This document shows, piece after piece, positions 1-11,945 of a stretch of 64,000 bases of DNA. Below the pieces are notes generated by a model. It worked only from the letters and a program-made list of their open reading frames with translations, did not search any database and was not told where the DNA came from. Source of the stretch: Podarcis bocagei (taxonomy: Eukaryota); the NCBI GenBank assembly GCA_964188305.1, contig OZ076901.1; one strand, written 5' to 3'. Numbering within the stretch: the first letter of the stretch is position 1; every line of letters starts with the position of its first letter. The translations under genes and the position numbers were made by a program.

Positions 1-173
1 GGGGGGCAGAGAGCAGGCGGGGGCGGGACTGGCGCACATCCTGGGGGCATGATGCACCATCAGTGGGGGTGGGGCACCCAGCACGGGAAGGGGGGCAGCC
101 GCAATGGCACCCCACTGGGATCGCGCTGCCAGGGGCAGTGCGCTCCCCCTGCACTCCTCTTCCTCCTCCAGTG
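1..173 (-). mobile_element. hAT-type MITE, partial (cut by window edge); same family as 17669-17866
   Basis: Reverse complement (CACTGGAGGAGGAAGAGGAGTGCAGGGGGAGCGCAC...GCAGCGCGATCCCAGTGGGGTGCCAT) closely matches 17669-17760. Confidence 0.75.
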
Positions 174-994
174 CGGTCAAAGACACCATGGGGTTTTCAG
201 AAAGAGCAGGCATTCAGGAATACTGCACATTGCAGGCCACCAGAGATATGATTTGGCTAGCTCAAAAGTGAGTCCAGCCCATGAGAATTCAAAGAAATTT
301 TATTTGACTGAACACAGTTTCTTTTATTAGTAATTGATGGGGATCGTGTGTGTGTTGGAAGGTGTTGGGGGGAGGCACGTGAAATTTTGGCACAAGACTG
401 ATGAAACTCTCCAAGCAGGAGGCAAAGCTGTTTTTAACCTAAAACAAACTGTCTGGGTGACTCTGGTTGTTCTTGATTGGAAACTTATGTGAAATTTCAA
501 GGAAAGCCCCAGAAAGCTTCCAAGATTTCTCTGGAGAGACCAGCACAACTCCAAGGTTTAATGTATTGCAAATATCATCACAGCTTTTCTTTAATCAATA
601 CATAGACCCACCCATCCAGACACATGCGAGCAAATATATTTGCTGGAAATGGATTTTTCCCCCAACACTGTTCGTGAAAGGTACAAGATCGGAGCTAATG
701 AACAGAGGAAGTCTGTAGGTTTGATATTGAGTCGTGTACATGATTAGAGTTAATGGTGATGTTCAATTAAGAGCCATCTATATCGAAATGGCAGAGGTAA
801 TGCAAAGCAGCAGAGAAAAGCTTTCAGTTGTCTTGGGCATTTCCCCAAAAATTAAGGAGTGATTTATTTTATTTTATTTTTTAAAATGCAGTTGAAGAGT
901 GTAATGTAATACATGGTCTGCCAATTCTTTCCCTTCAACTCATGGAGCTTGCAGTAGTGCCTCTGTGCTACCCAGAGAATCAGCAGGCTGAGAA

Positions 995-1195
995 CCAATG
1001 TAGCATGGTGAGTAGAGTATTTGAGTACGATGGTTTGAGATCCAGGTTCAAATGAACCTCTTGGGCCAGTCACTATCTTTCATCCTAACCAACATCACAG
1101 AGTTGTTGTGAGGGTTAAATAGATGGGGCAGACCATGCATGCTGCCTTGAGATCACAGGAGGAAAAGCAAGACATAAATGCAATAACTAAATAAG
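995..1195 (+). mobile_element. Old tRNA-derived CORE/MIR-like SINE
   Basis: Degenerate A/B boxes (GGTTCAAAT), core cttgggccagtcact...ctaaccaac..cacagagttgttgtgagg; related copies at 3140-3335, 32520-32670 and 50030-50220; boundaries approximate. Confidence 0.5.
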
Positions 1196-1381
1196 AGGCA
1201 GAATGCCTCTTATTCCGCAGTTGCTGGGGAATAGCAGATATGAGCAGGATGGTCTAACTCAGGAATGGATAAGCTTCTTTCCTCATGCTGGTGGATTGCA
1301 ACTCTCGTCATCCCTGATCATCAACCGTGCTGGCTGGGATTGATGGCAGATAGAGTCCAACAATGTCTAGAAGGGTGCAGG

Positions 1382-1862
1382 TGTCGGGCTTTGGGGAATC
1401 AGATCCCTCCCACGGTGGCAGCAAAAAAGCAGAGAAAAAACAAAGAAGAGTTCTTACCAATTAGTTGATTCAATAACCATAGCGAGAGACAAAAGAATTT
1501 GCTCCAATTAAAGTCCCACCCACTTCTGTCTCCACTATGTCACTCCTGCGTTGGCTAATCTAAGCTTTCTGCCGCTGAGCTCTCTGTTCTACTGCCCTCA
1601 ATGGCTGCCTGGTCCTGGGAGAGGAGGGCGGGTCAGGAATGCTTTCCAAGGACACCGAGTCTGCCAGCTGTCTCTCCCCTGGTGCTGCTGCTTCCCCCTG
1701 CTGTTCTTCTTCCAATATTTCCCAGCTTCTGCCCTCTGCAGCCTTTGAACTATGCCCTTCGGCAAACCACTGTTCTAAACCTATACTGTCCTCCTGTTCT
1801 CGGGAAGGTTCAGGAGTAGGGGGGATGGTCCCCACCATTCCTCCTCAGTCCGGCCCCTGACA
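1382..1862 (-). mobile_element. Solo LTR (Gypsy-type), 481 bp (LTR-B)
   Basis: TGTC...GACA termini; perfect 5-bp TSD GCAGG at 1377-1381 and 1863-1867; purine-rich U3 with a degenerate ORF on the minus strand. Confidence 0.85.
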
Positions 1863-3139
1863 GCAGGTAGTTGATGATGATTATTCAACCACTCACAAGG
1901 CTTCTTGATGCAAGGAGCAGCTCTGATTGGCTGATTAGTGCACACGGGCTCCATTCACGCAGCTGTTGAATGTGTCGCTCTTGAGAAGTGGGACTGCCCA
2001 GTGTGACTCCTGCTACTCTTTCATATGTTTTCAAAACATGAGTTGGGGGAGGGGAGAGATAATCCTCCCTTTGTGTACTGTGTACATTGAAAAAAAATCT
2101 GTGAGCATGGGTGGTGATCATAGTGAAATGCATTTTATAGATGAGCAATCAAATGAAACGTTGGAATTCAATTCAGCACCAGCCAATTAATGCCCTGTAA
2201 TCCAATTGTGTGTGATGCAAGGGGACTCCTCCAGATTTCCTTATCTTCCCTTTCCCCCCTTTCTCTACAATACAAATACAGCTGCCAAGAATGGCAAACA
2301 CCATGCCCTACCTGTCTGTTTTACCAAGAAATCCTCTATAAAGGCAAGCCATTCCTGCCACTAAGATCCCCAGTGCCGATTTTATTACAGGAATGGAAAC
2401 AGAAGCATAGCTCTGTTGTTCCTGTTCATCTGTCTGCCGGACTGAGTGGTATGATGCAAGGGAACGTACGTGTATTTATACAGCAAATGGGAAAATACAT
2501 TTCTTAAGATGGATGAGGTTGCTTTCAAGCTTGATGCACCCAATAAAATAACCCGGTATCAAGAGAGAGGTTTATTTTGAAGCTTGGACGTGTCATAATA
2601 TCAGCTCCCAGCCAGGGCCAACAAATACATAAATCAGAAAGTAGATTTAATGGAATAGTTGGGACAGCAGCAAATGGTGAATGAGGCTAACTAAAGGAAG
2701 CCATTATGTTTATAACGTAAATGATGCAACATTGCAAACACCTATCAGCCATTCCTACTGAAACACCTATTTTCTCATCATCTATAAACCAGCCTAGAAA
2801 ATTGTTTCTTTGCAGACCTCATCCAGCCCCTTAGGTAATTTTGCTTGCTTCATTTAGATCCTGCCGCTTTTCCTCTGCAGAATTCAAGGGAGTGTATATA
2901 GAGCATTCTTAGTGGGTCTCCTGTTCAGGTACTGAGTGGACCCAGACCTTAATAATGTTGCTGTATCAGGCTCTGCCATGAGACTATCTTATGTGAGTCA
3001 CCACCCAGTTTCAATCAAGGTATATTAAAATTTTGGTCTGCAGTTTGACTCAAAAGGAAAAGGATTTAAGTTGCAAGAAGCAACTTCAAGCTGAAGTACA
3101 GTTCAATGTTCCAGTTCTCTTTGGCATTTAATATCTTTT

Positions 3140-3334
3140 TTATTGCATTTCTATCCAGCCTTTTCCTCCAAGGCATGGTTCTCCCCCTCCTCATTTAGTT
3201 CCCACAACAACCATGTGAGGTAGGTGAGGCTAAGAGTTAGTGACTGGCCCCAGGTCACCCAGTAAGCTTCAAGGCCAAGGGGGAATCTGAACCCTGGTCT
3301 CCCAGCTCCTAGTCTGACACTCTAACCACTGCAG

Positions 3335-3335
<1 letters not shown>
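3140..3335 (-). mobile_element. tRNA-derived CORE/MIR-like SINE
   Basis: cccacaacaaccatgtgaggtagg...gtgactggccccaggtcacccag...gaaccctggtctccc...ctctaaccact (reverse of tRNA head plus core). Confidence 0.6.
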
Positions 3336-3380
<45 letters not shown>

Positions 3381-4101
3381 TCATTATTTATTAAATTTGT
3401 ATACTGCCCTATAACGGCAGGTCTCAGGGCAGTTCACAGGATAAAATCACAATATAAAATCACAGAATACATAATCAAAATAACAACAAGAACAACAACC
3501 CAATAATCCTCCCCCAACACATTTTAAAAGGGCATTGAATGTCAATCAACCAAAGGCCTGGCTAAAGAGGAACATTTTTGCCTGTTGCCTAAAGGTGTAT
3601 AATGAAGCACCAGGTGGACCTCCCTGGGGAGAGCATTCATCAAACAGGGAGCCACTGCAGAAAAGGCTATCCTTGTGTGAACACCCTCCAGACCTCTTCT
3701 GGAGGAGGCTCATGAAGAAGGGCATCAGAAGATGATCTCAAGGTTCGGGTAGGTTCATATGGAAAGAGGCAGTCCTTGAAGTATTGTGGTCCTGAGCCAT
3801 TTAAGGCTTTATAGGTCAAAACCAGCACTTTGAATTGGGCCTGGAAACTAATTGGTAGCCAATGCAGTCAGACCAGGATCGGTGTAATACGCTCAAACCA
3901 CCAGGTGAGCAACCTAGCCATTGAATTCTGCACTAGCTGAAGTTTCCAAACCGTCTTCAGAGGCAGCCCTACATATAACACATTGCAGTAATCTAACTGT
4001 GAGGTTACCAGCATATACATGATAGAAGTTAGGCTATTCCTGTCCAGATAAGGACGTAGTTAAGCCACCTGAAGCTGATGGAAGGCACTCCAGGCCACTG
4101 C
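3336..4101 (-). mobile_element. L2-clade LINE 3' fragment with (TAA)n tail
   Basis: (ATT)n at 3336-3380; minus strand encodes degenerate LDYCN and VLVLTYKALNG RT C-terminal motifs; resembles 57583-58247. Confidence 0.7.
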
Positions 4102-4143
4102 CTTTCGTGGAATATGTATACAGATGAATAAGACTAATGTACA

Positions 4144-4496
4144 GGGATGCGGGTGGCGCTGTGGGTTAAACCACAGAGCCTAGGACTTGCTGATCAGAAG
4201 GTTGCGGTTCGAATCCCCATGACAGGGTGAGCTCCCATTGTCTGCTCCCTGCTCCTGCCAACCTAGCAGTTCAAAAGCACTTCAAAGTGCAAGTAGATAA
4301 ATAGGTACCGCTCTGGCGGAAAGGTAAACGGAGTTTCCGTGCGCTGCTCTGGTTCGCCAGAAGGGGCTTAGTCATGCTGGCTACATGACCCGGAAGCTGT
4401 ACGCCGGCTCCCTCAGCCAATAAAGCGAGATGAGCGCCACAACCTCAGAGTCGGTCACGACTGGACCTAATGGTCAGGGGTCCCTTTACATTTACA
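4144..4496 (+). mobile_element. Sauria SINE, full length
   Basis: GGGATGCGGGTGGCGCTGTGGGTTAAACC head with B box GGTTCGAATCC, BovB-like 3' end, (CCTTTA)-type tail; highly similar to 26059-26414. Confidence 0.9.
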
Positions 4497-4982
4497 TGGG
4501 AATCATTAAGTATTAGTCAGCAGCAATATTATTATCAAGCATGACTGTTTAGGTGGGGTTTATTACTTCCCACAAAGGCATCTTGTTGGCAGCTGTGAGA
4601 GCAGCATGTTACTCTAGAAGGGCTCTTTTTATGTTGTTTATTTCACCTTTGTCCAGCTCTCCAATACCCTTCTTGAAGTACAGTGTCGAGAATCATACAT
4701 AGTATTCAAAATGTGGCTGCACCATAGATTGGTATGAAGGCATTATCATTTTGGCAGCTTTACTTTCAATCCCCTTCCCAGTCATCCTTAACATTGGGTT
4801 GTAACCAATGTAGCACTGAGCAACACATTCCCATACCTTTCAAGGTTCCCGATTTCCCTGGGACATTCCTGGAATTACAGAAGCCATCCTGTCTTCTGAT
4901 TTGATCCTAGAATGCCCCCCTTTCTGCTCCAACATCACCATTCCACTCGGAGAAGAGGGTGAGCTGGTGCTTGCAGTGGAAC

Positions 4983-5585
4983 TGTGCTGGTCCCGGGGGG
5001 GGGGTACCGTGAGGCGTGGTCAGAGTCCGATCCTGGGTCGAGAGTCTGGAGACTATCCACCAATGGTGAAGCAGGGTCCAAAGCAAGAAGCCGGGTGTGG
5101 ACGGGAACTCCGGAAGAACAGGTCTGGGTGCTGGCAGAAACAGGTTTCCAACGACGTTGCTCCCGCAACCTGGGACTGGGCTGACTGGCCTTTATCTCCT
5201 CTGAGGCCATGGGCAGTCCCAGCCCACAGGTGACCCACCTCTCCTGGCCTTAAGGCGAGCACTCCTCCTGAGAGAACCCAGTTCCCTCCGCCTCTCTGCT
5301 CTGAGCCTCTGCAGCTCAGGAGAGGCTGGAGGGTTACTGGACCCAGGGGCAGCTTCACCTTCCCCTGACAGGGCTGGGAGAGGCGCACCTGCAGGCAATG
5401 GGTCCTCAACCACCTCTGGAGCCAGAGTAGATTCACCTGGTGCCTGCTCCTGAGGATCCGGCACACGTGCAGCCCCTTCAGATTCAAGGCCCTGCCCCGG
5501 CTCAGCCGGCCCTGGAGGCGGGGACTCCTGTGCAGGCTGGGATTCCTCCGGTTTAGCCTCTGAATCAGATTCCCAGGCCATCACA
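4983..5585 (-). mobile_element. Solo LTR (Gypsy-type), about 600 bp (LTR-A)
   Basis: TGTGCTGG...CCATCACA termini; TGTGC at 4983-4987 is repeated at 5586-5590, so it is either the TSD (LTR = 4988-5585) or a TSD collapsed with the LTR tip; TATA-like GATAAAGG on minus near 5190. Confidence 0.8.
5192..5581 (-). CDS. Putative LTR U3-encoded 129-aa acidic/Pro-rich peptide with Arg-rich RRSARL tail (expression unproven)
   Basis: ATG at LTR nt 5; frame stays open across U3 and stops inside the TATA-like element: MAWESDSEAKPEES...NPPASPELQRLRAERRRELGSLRRSARLKARRG. Confidence 0.4.
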   Translation of the reverse strand: MAWESDSEAKPEESQPAQESPPPGPAEPGQGLESEGAARVPDPQEQAPGESTLAPEVVEDPLPAGAPLPALSGEGEAAPGSSNPPASPELQRLRAERRRELGSLRRSARLKARRGGSPVGWDCPWPQRR

Positions 5586-5671
5586 TGTGCTTTCATGCAA
5601 GTCCACTAGCTCCCCCAAGAGTGTGGAACCCTGTGCTCTAATGTGAGCCAGTTAACTTGTGTGGCAGCACA

Positions 5672-5924
5672 CAGAGCCGTCTTTCCCATAGGGCTTAGTG
5701 ATGCATTATGCCAGGGCACTGGCCTCTCAGGGGCGCCCCAGTAAGTGGGGGAGCTGCGTGGCTTTACAGGTAGTCTCCCCTTGACCTGCATGCCCACCAG
5801 CTGCGCCCCACCAACTATAAGGCTGGTGGGCATGCAGCTTGCCTTCCCAATGCTATCTGTGGTAATTTGGGGGCGCTGGGCCAATATTTGCACCCCGGCG
5901 CTGCATCTGCTAAAGACAGCCCTG
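5672..5924 (+). mobile_element. hAT-type MITE, 253 bp
   Basis: TIRs CAGAGCCGTCTTT / AAAGACAGCCCTG (11/13); perfect 8-bp TSD GCAGCACA at 5664-5671 and 5925-5932. Confidence 0.85.
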
Positions 5925-7614
5925 GCAGCACAGCACCAAAAGACATGCATCCCAATTTTCATCAGAAGAATGTTGGAGGGCATGCCCTCCGTCAGAGCAA
6001 GGATTTCTGCCCATGCAACCAAGCTGCCTCCCTTCCCCACTCCCTAAATCTGTTCTAGGGGTTCCCTCAATTTTCTGGAATGGATTAGGGAGGGCCTAAA
6101 GTGGGCAAACTACCCCAGAACGAGCACAACCAGTCCCCCACCAGAGGTACTACCCCTCCTTTAAAACCCCATACATCCCACCAGTCCAAGAATGCTTACA
6201 AGAATTGGGGGGAGTGTGGATACAAATGAATATATTAGAGAAAATAACATACAATGATGCATTATATTGTGGGAAAGTAGTTTGCAGATGTGTATATTAG
6301 AACTGCATGCAAGAATGTGTTTATTGGGAGGAATTTGCACTGAAATTCTAACATTTTCATGAGGGTTGTTTTTTAAAAAATAAATAAAAATTCTCAGATT
6401 TCTTCAGAAATACGAATTTAAGATTACAAAAATGAGAAATTGGGATAATTGAAAATTACAGATCTACACATTTATAAGTGATCAGGCTGTATGACAAAAA
6501 TTGGTTTACCTTGTAATAAGGGCTTCACAGATAAGGAGCACTTGAACTCAGGCACAACCATGAAATAATATACACAAAATCCAAGGATATTCTACACTTA
6601 ATGTCAGCACCATCTGGGCCAGTTTCAACCAATTTATTCATCCTCTTGGATCACCAGATATCCATGTTTGCATAGGACCTAAACATGTGAAACCAGAAGC
6701 TTGATTATTAGCAATAAAGCAGTTCAGTATGATAGCTTATATGAGGCCTATGCTGGTTCTCTCTGGACCAGGTTCTCTGATCTTTGCTGGTTCTCTGGAT
6801 CAGGTCCTGATCCAAGAACATGCTTCCAAGTAGCCCCACATGTACCCAAGTAGTACCATGTGCACATAACCAGGGACCTTGACAGTGGTTGTGAAGCTCT
6901 TGCCTGGCTTGCTGTTGCTTCTGCTGCTGCAGCCCAGTGGAACAGGAGTAGTCAATACAGTGCCCTCCAGATGTTTGTGATGCAAGCTCCCATCAGCTCT
7001 GGCAACTGTGAATGGCAGGGGATGCTGGGAGTTTTAATCTACATTATCTGGACAGCACTCCCCCTGTGAGAGATGAAGTGGACCCAAACACATAGGGTGT
7101 CATATTATGGATCATATAAAGTCTGGGCAAAAAGAGATGCATCTGAAGCACTTGATGGTTGCTGCTCCACATACAGCAGATGGAAGGGTATTAAAAAAAA
7201 AAACAGCAGGGACAATAGCAGAAAATGTCCACTTTCAGGTCATTGTCCTTTAATGATCTACTGGGTACGGTGCCACAAATGGAATTTTCAGAGTTCTAGG
7301 AAATGGCAGAGCTGAACCCTGGCAGCTTTATGCCTTGATACTTAACTAACTGTACTATTTTCTCTTACAGCTTCTGAAAATGAATCTATTTTCCTTACGA
7401 TTTTGCTGTACAATAGCATTTTAGCACACCTTGATTCAGAAAGGGCTTCCAGAAACCAAATCAGGACTTGCATCTAACCATAGATGCCAAATGAACCAGC
7501 CTTCTCCTACCTGGTGTCCGTTATAAGTTTTGGATTACCTACTCCCCTCACCCCCTCACCACTGGCTATGCTGACTGGACCAGTTTCAGCATGTTAAGGG
7601 TGGATGGGTGGAAT

Positions 7615-7934
7615 GTTGTTGTTTAGTCGTTTAGTCGTGTCCGACTCTTCGTGACCCCATGGACCAGAGCACGCCAGGCACTTCTGTCTTCCACTGCCTC
7701 CCGCAGTTTGGTCAAACTCATGCTGGTAGCTTCGAGAACACTATCCAACCATCTTGTCCTCTGTCATCCCCTTCTCCTTGTGCCCTCCATCTTTCCCAAC
7801 ATCAGGGTCTTTTCCAGGGAGTCTTCTCTTCTCATGAGGTGGCCAAAGTATTGGAGCCTCAGCTTCAGGATCTGTCCTTCCAGTGAGCACTCAGGGCTGA
7901 TTTCCTTCAGAATGGAGAGGTTTGATCTTCTTGC
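7615..7934 (-). mobile_element. RTE/BovB LINE 3' end, 5'-truncated
   Basis: Minus frame RRSNLSILKEISPECSLEGQILKLRLQYFGHLMRREDSLEKTLMLGKMEGTRRRG is the BovB ORF C-terminus; 3' UTR GAGTCGGACACGACTAAACGACTAAACAACAA. Confidence 0.9.
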
Positions 7935-9566
7935 AAGAATTCTTGGGTGGAATAGTGGGTACCAAATTGTGGAAGACCATAACGATACTGTAAACCATGC
8001 TGAACACACACAGAGAAAAATTAGCGTGGTTTTTCTTGCTATAAGTTTCTGTGTGGTCTCATTCTCTATAAACTGGGTTTGAAGCTATGGTAAAATTTTA
8101 AATTTTAAAAATCTAAATATAATGAGTACAAAGAAATCACCTAAGGCTGGAATGCCCTCAGGTATTATTAACTTGTCCTTTAGGTAGCCATTGTGGAGAA
8201 TAAGACTGAGAGGTAAAGAGATGTTGAGAGAAAGAGAAACCCAGGAGCTGGGCTGGCAGTATGCATCGTAGAAAGCAAGGCGCATCATGGCATAAATCAC
8301 ACATGCCATAAAAATCTGGAGGCACTGGGATTTATCTCCTGTCAATAAGGGGTGAGAGGCAAGTCATCGCTCACTCATTCCCTGCCTCTTGAGTGAGCGA
8401 TGGTACCAGCTTGGACATTTCTGTCCCCAAGGATGCTGAGTTCCACATCATCTGTTTCGTCAGGGCCAGTGGGCTGGTCATACGCTGCTCTCCACACACA
8501 AACACACACACATCCCTTGCTGTGATAGGTTATATACCATATCCTGGCATTTACAGTGTTGCAATAAGCAGAACGGATTCTTTCTAACCCTGGACATCCA
8601 CATACCCCTTTGTGAACTGAATGTGAATGGGGAAGGGTTGTAGCTCAGCCGCAGAGTCTCTGTTCTGAATGAAGAAGTTCCCAAGTAGCCTTCACAGCCT
8701 CATCCTACATGGACTTGGCTAAAACATTTTGAAAGTAATCCATGTTGATGGCCAGCACTCCAGCTTGAGAAAGTAAGTTCTGTAGTTTAAAATCAAGGTT
8801 TCCCAAACTTGGGTCTCCAGCTGTTTTTGGACTACAACTCCCATCATCCCTAGGTAGCAGGGATGATGGGAATTGTAGTCCAAAAGCAGCTGGAAATACA
8901 AGTCTGGAGAACCCTGATTCAAACACATGCTGGGTGAAGAAGTACTTCCTTTTTGTCTCTGTCCTTAATCTCCTAACATTCACCTTTTTCTTTCTTGTCA
9001 ACTACAGTACTTGTGACATAAGGATGGCCTGCTGGTTCAGGCCAATGGTTCATCTAATTCAGCATTCAGTTGCTTTGAGATGCCCTGGGTGAGATAAAGA
9101 GACTGACAAATTTAATAACTAACTAAATAAGTAATAAATCCTGCTCTCACAGTGGCCGGCCAGATGCCTACAAGCTGGACATGAGTTCAGCAGCACTCTG
9201 CCCACCTGTGGATTAGATACGCTTTGTGACTTTCCTGCTCAGCTGATCGTTTACATACATGGCCCGTGGTATTTGTGACTCTGCTGTTGTTTTGATTGAT
9301 TGTGATTTGTTGCAATTCCTGGGAGAGATTTTCTGATCACTTGCTGATTTTGAGAGTTGATTTTACCATGCAGCATTATATTTCAGATGAATTGTTAAAA
9401 ATCACTTAAACTAATTTAAGTTGTTTATTTTTCTATTCACCCTTTTCATTACTGCTTATTTGCACTCAGTTGGGTTGCCACAGAGATGTGTGATCTTTGT
9501 TGCACATTTTGTCATTTCTGTGGCTCGTAAACTGCCATGTGCACAACAATGCATAAAGGTGATATA

Positions 9567-9631
9567 GAAGAAGAAGAAGAAGAAGAAGAAGAAGAAGAAG
9601 AAGAAGAAGAAGAAGAAGAAGAAGAAGAAGA
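9567..9631. repeat. (GAA)n microsatellite
   Basis: About 21 perfect units. Confidence 0.95.
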
Positions 9632-9682
9632 AACGAAACGAAAATTCTGCAAGTAAAAAATGTGGGTGCAAAGTTTCCACTA

Positions 9683-9942
9683 CAGTGGTACCTCGGGATG
9701 CAAATGGGATGTGTTCCGGAGCCCCGTTCGCATCCTGAACACAACGTAAGATGCGATGGCGCGTCTGCGCGTGCGCGGGTCGCGTTTTGCCACTTCTGTG
9801 CATGCGTGTGACGTCATTTTTAGCGTCTGCGCATGCGCAAGCGGCGAAACCTGGAAGTGACGTGCTCCATTACTTTCGGGTTGCCACAGAGCTCAACTCG
9901 AATGCACTCAACCCGAAGCACATTCAACCCGAGGTATGACTG
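9683..9942. mobile_element. Tc1/mariner-superfamily (Tigger/pogo-like) MITE
   Basis: TA|CAGTGGTACCTCGGG ... CCCGAGGTATGACTG|TA; CpG-rich interior with repeated ctgcgcatgcgc motifs. Confidence 0.85.
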
Positions 9943-10991
9943 TATACAGAAAACAAGAGGAAGGTCAAAGTTTCTTCTATGACATATACCTTCTGTATGT
10001 CAAGAATAACTAATGCTCTGACCTCCAGATATTGGGCTGCAATCCCCAGTTACACCTGACCACTGACCTTGCTGGGTGGGGCCAAGGAAAGGGATTGGAA
10101 TCCAACAACACCTGGAAGGAATCAAATGGTCTTCTGATGCCTTATGCCATGCCTCCAAAGCCTCCTGGCAGGATACAATAACTGTAAAGGAGACATAAAT
10201 GTCAGAACATTTGTATATGTGATGTGCCACCCCATCCACCATCTGCCAAAGATGCTTGACCGGTCACTTGTGCTCTAAATCTATTTCTTCTTAGTATTTG
10301 TTTGCATTGTTATCATCACATCTGTATTCGCTAGTCACAACCGATTTGTCTTACTCCACATATCTCCTTTGGAGATGGGAAGTTTTATTTCCCACACATT
10401 TTTCCCCCTTTGGATGCACCATTCTTTTGATTTATTCCCCATTTGGTATTTATCTTATTTCTCCCCATTTTCCCCTTTCCTCCAATAGATGTGCTATATA
10501 TTGTTACTGCTACTTTCCCTCACCCCAAAACCCAAATCTATCTTTTTTCTAACACTTATTTTACTTTTTTCTATCTTCTCCCTATGTAGTTTTTATTCTT
10601 AGGATTTATCTTCTTTATCCCCACAGTCCACCACAGAATTCACTGCCTTCATATTTTTTCCTCTTGCATTGTTTTATTAATAACATATTTGGTGATGGTG
10701 GGTGTTTGTGTGGATCCTTTGCTTAAGTGTCCTCAGTCTAGAGGGAGATCCAGGGCCTGCAGCCTTGCAGATGTTAATGGACTACAACACTCACAATCCC
10801 TGGCTATTGGCCACACAGGATGTGGCTGATGGGATCTAGAGTCTAACAGCATCTGGAAGGACACAGGTCTGCAGTCAGACATCGTTGACTAGGGCTTGTT
10901 ATAGAGAGCATGTGACTCACAGGTTATAGCTGCTGGTCTGTTTCATGACATAATGCAAAGTGCTGGTTGTGACCTATAAAGCCCTCAATGG

Positions 10992-11190
10992 TGTCCTGAA
11001 CCCCTGGCCTACCTGGCAGCAAGTCAGTATGTCAAGTCCCCAGTCCAGGGTCAGTCCACATGTACAGTCCAAAGTAAGCACAGCCCCCCCAGAGATTCTG
11101 AAGCATCCAACCTGAGGTCCATCAACACGGGCAGTTGAGCAGACACAGCACCTCAGCTCTGCTGCCCTTTTATACCCTGCATGCTGATTG
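10992..11190 (-). mobile_element. Old LTR fragment (TATA-R-U5) next to an L2 fragment
   Basis: Minus strand has GGGTATAAAAGGGCAGC near 11165-11177 and ends ...GGGGTTCAGGACA at 10992; no TSD found. Confidence 0.4.
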
Positions 11191-11589
11191 TAGAATCCGG
11201 GCTTGATGTGGATAGCTAAGGCTGCAATCTTATAACCACTTGTTACACACTTACCTGGCATAAACCCCCCATAATGCAGTGGGATGTATTTCTCAGTAGA
11301 CACATACAGTATGTTCCACAGAGATCATGGAAACATGAAGTTGTAGAGTTGGAAGGGAACTGAGGGCCATCTAGTCCAAATTCCTGCAACGGAGAAATCT
11401 CAACTGAGACACCTACTGCTTGTAAAGAAGCAGCTATGGTACTTTCTGATTTATACATGAGTTCAGGAGGTACAGAACTGACCACTTCACATCTGAACTT
11501 TGAAATCTTCAATTCCACATCCATATCTCCTTGCAACACACCCCTCTTCCCCAACTGCAAGTGCATGCCATACATACAATCCTGTCTCA

Positions 11590-11638
11590 AGGAAGGAAGG
11601 AAGGAAGGAAGGAAGGAAGGAAGGAAGGAAGGAAGGAA
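11590..11638. repeat. (GGAA)n microsatellite
   Basis: Direct tandem units. Confidence 0.95.
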
Positions 11639-11894
11639 TTTTATCTGAAATGACTTAACTATTTCCTATCATTTTCCAGCCACTTTTTCCTGACTCTTTT
11701 TTATTACAAAACCATGACTGATCAAACTTCCCTTGCAAGTCAACAGACAAAATTACAAGCTGACTTAAAGCACTTTAATGACAACAGAAAGCTTTCATGT
11801 TTTGATGAGTGCTAGCTTGTGCAAGCGTCTTTCAGCTTCTGCCACAGTCATGCAGTTTTGATGCAATCTATAGGGCTAGAAAAATGATTCTGAT

Positions 11895-11896
<2 letters not shown>

Positions 11897-11942
<46 letters not shown>
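11897..11942. repeat. (TG)n microsatellite
   Basis: Direct tandem units. Confidence 0.95.

Positions 11943-11945
<3 letters not shown>

Noticed and set aside
4144-4225. tRNA genes at A/B-box sequences
   Set aside because: They are SINE heads continuing into SINE bodies, with no proper cloverleaf.
9456-9803. ORFs with poly-F/L/Y tracts (also 14011-14373 and 57530-57866)
   Set aside because: They are translations of (GAA)n and (TAA)n microsatellites or LINE tails.
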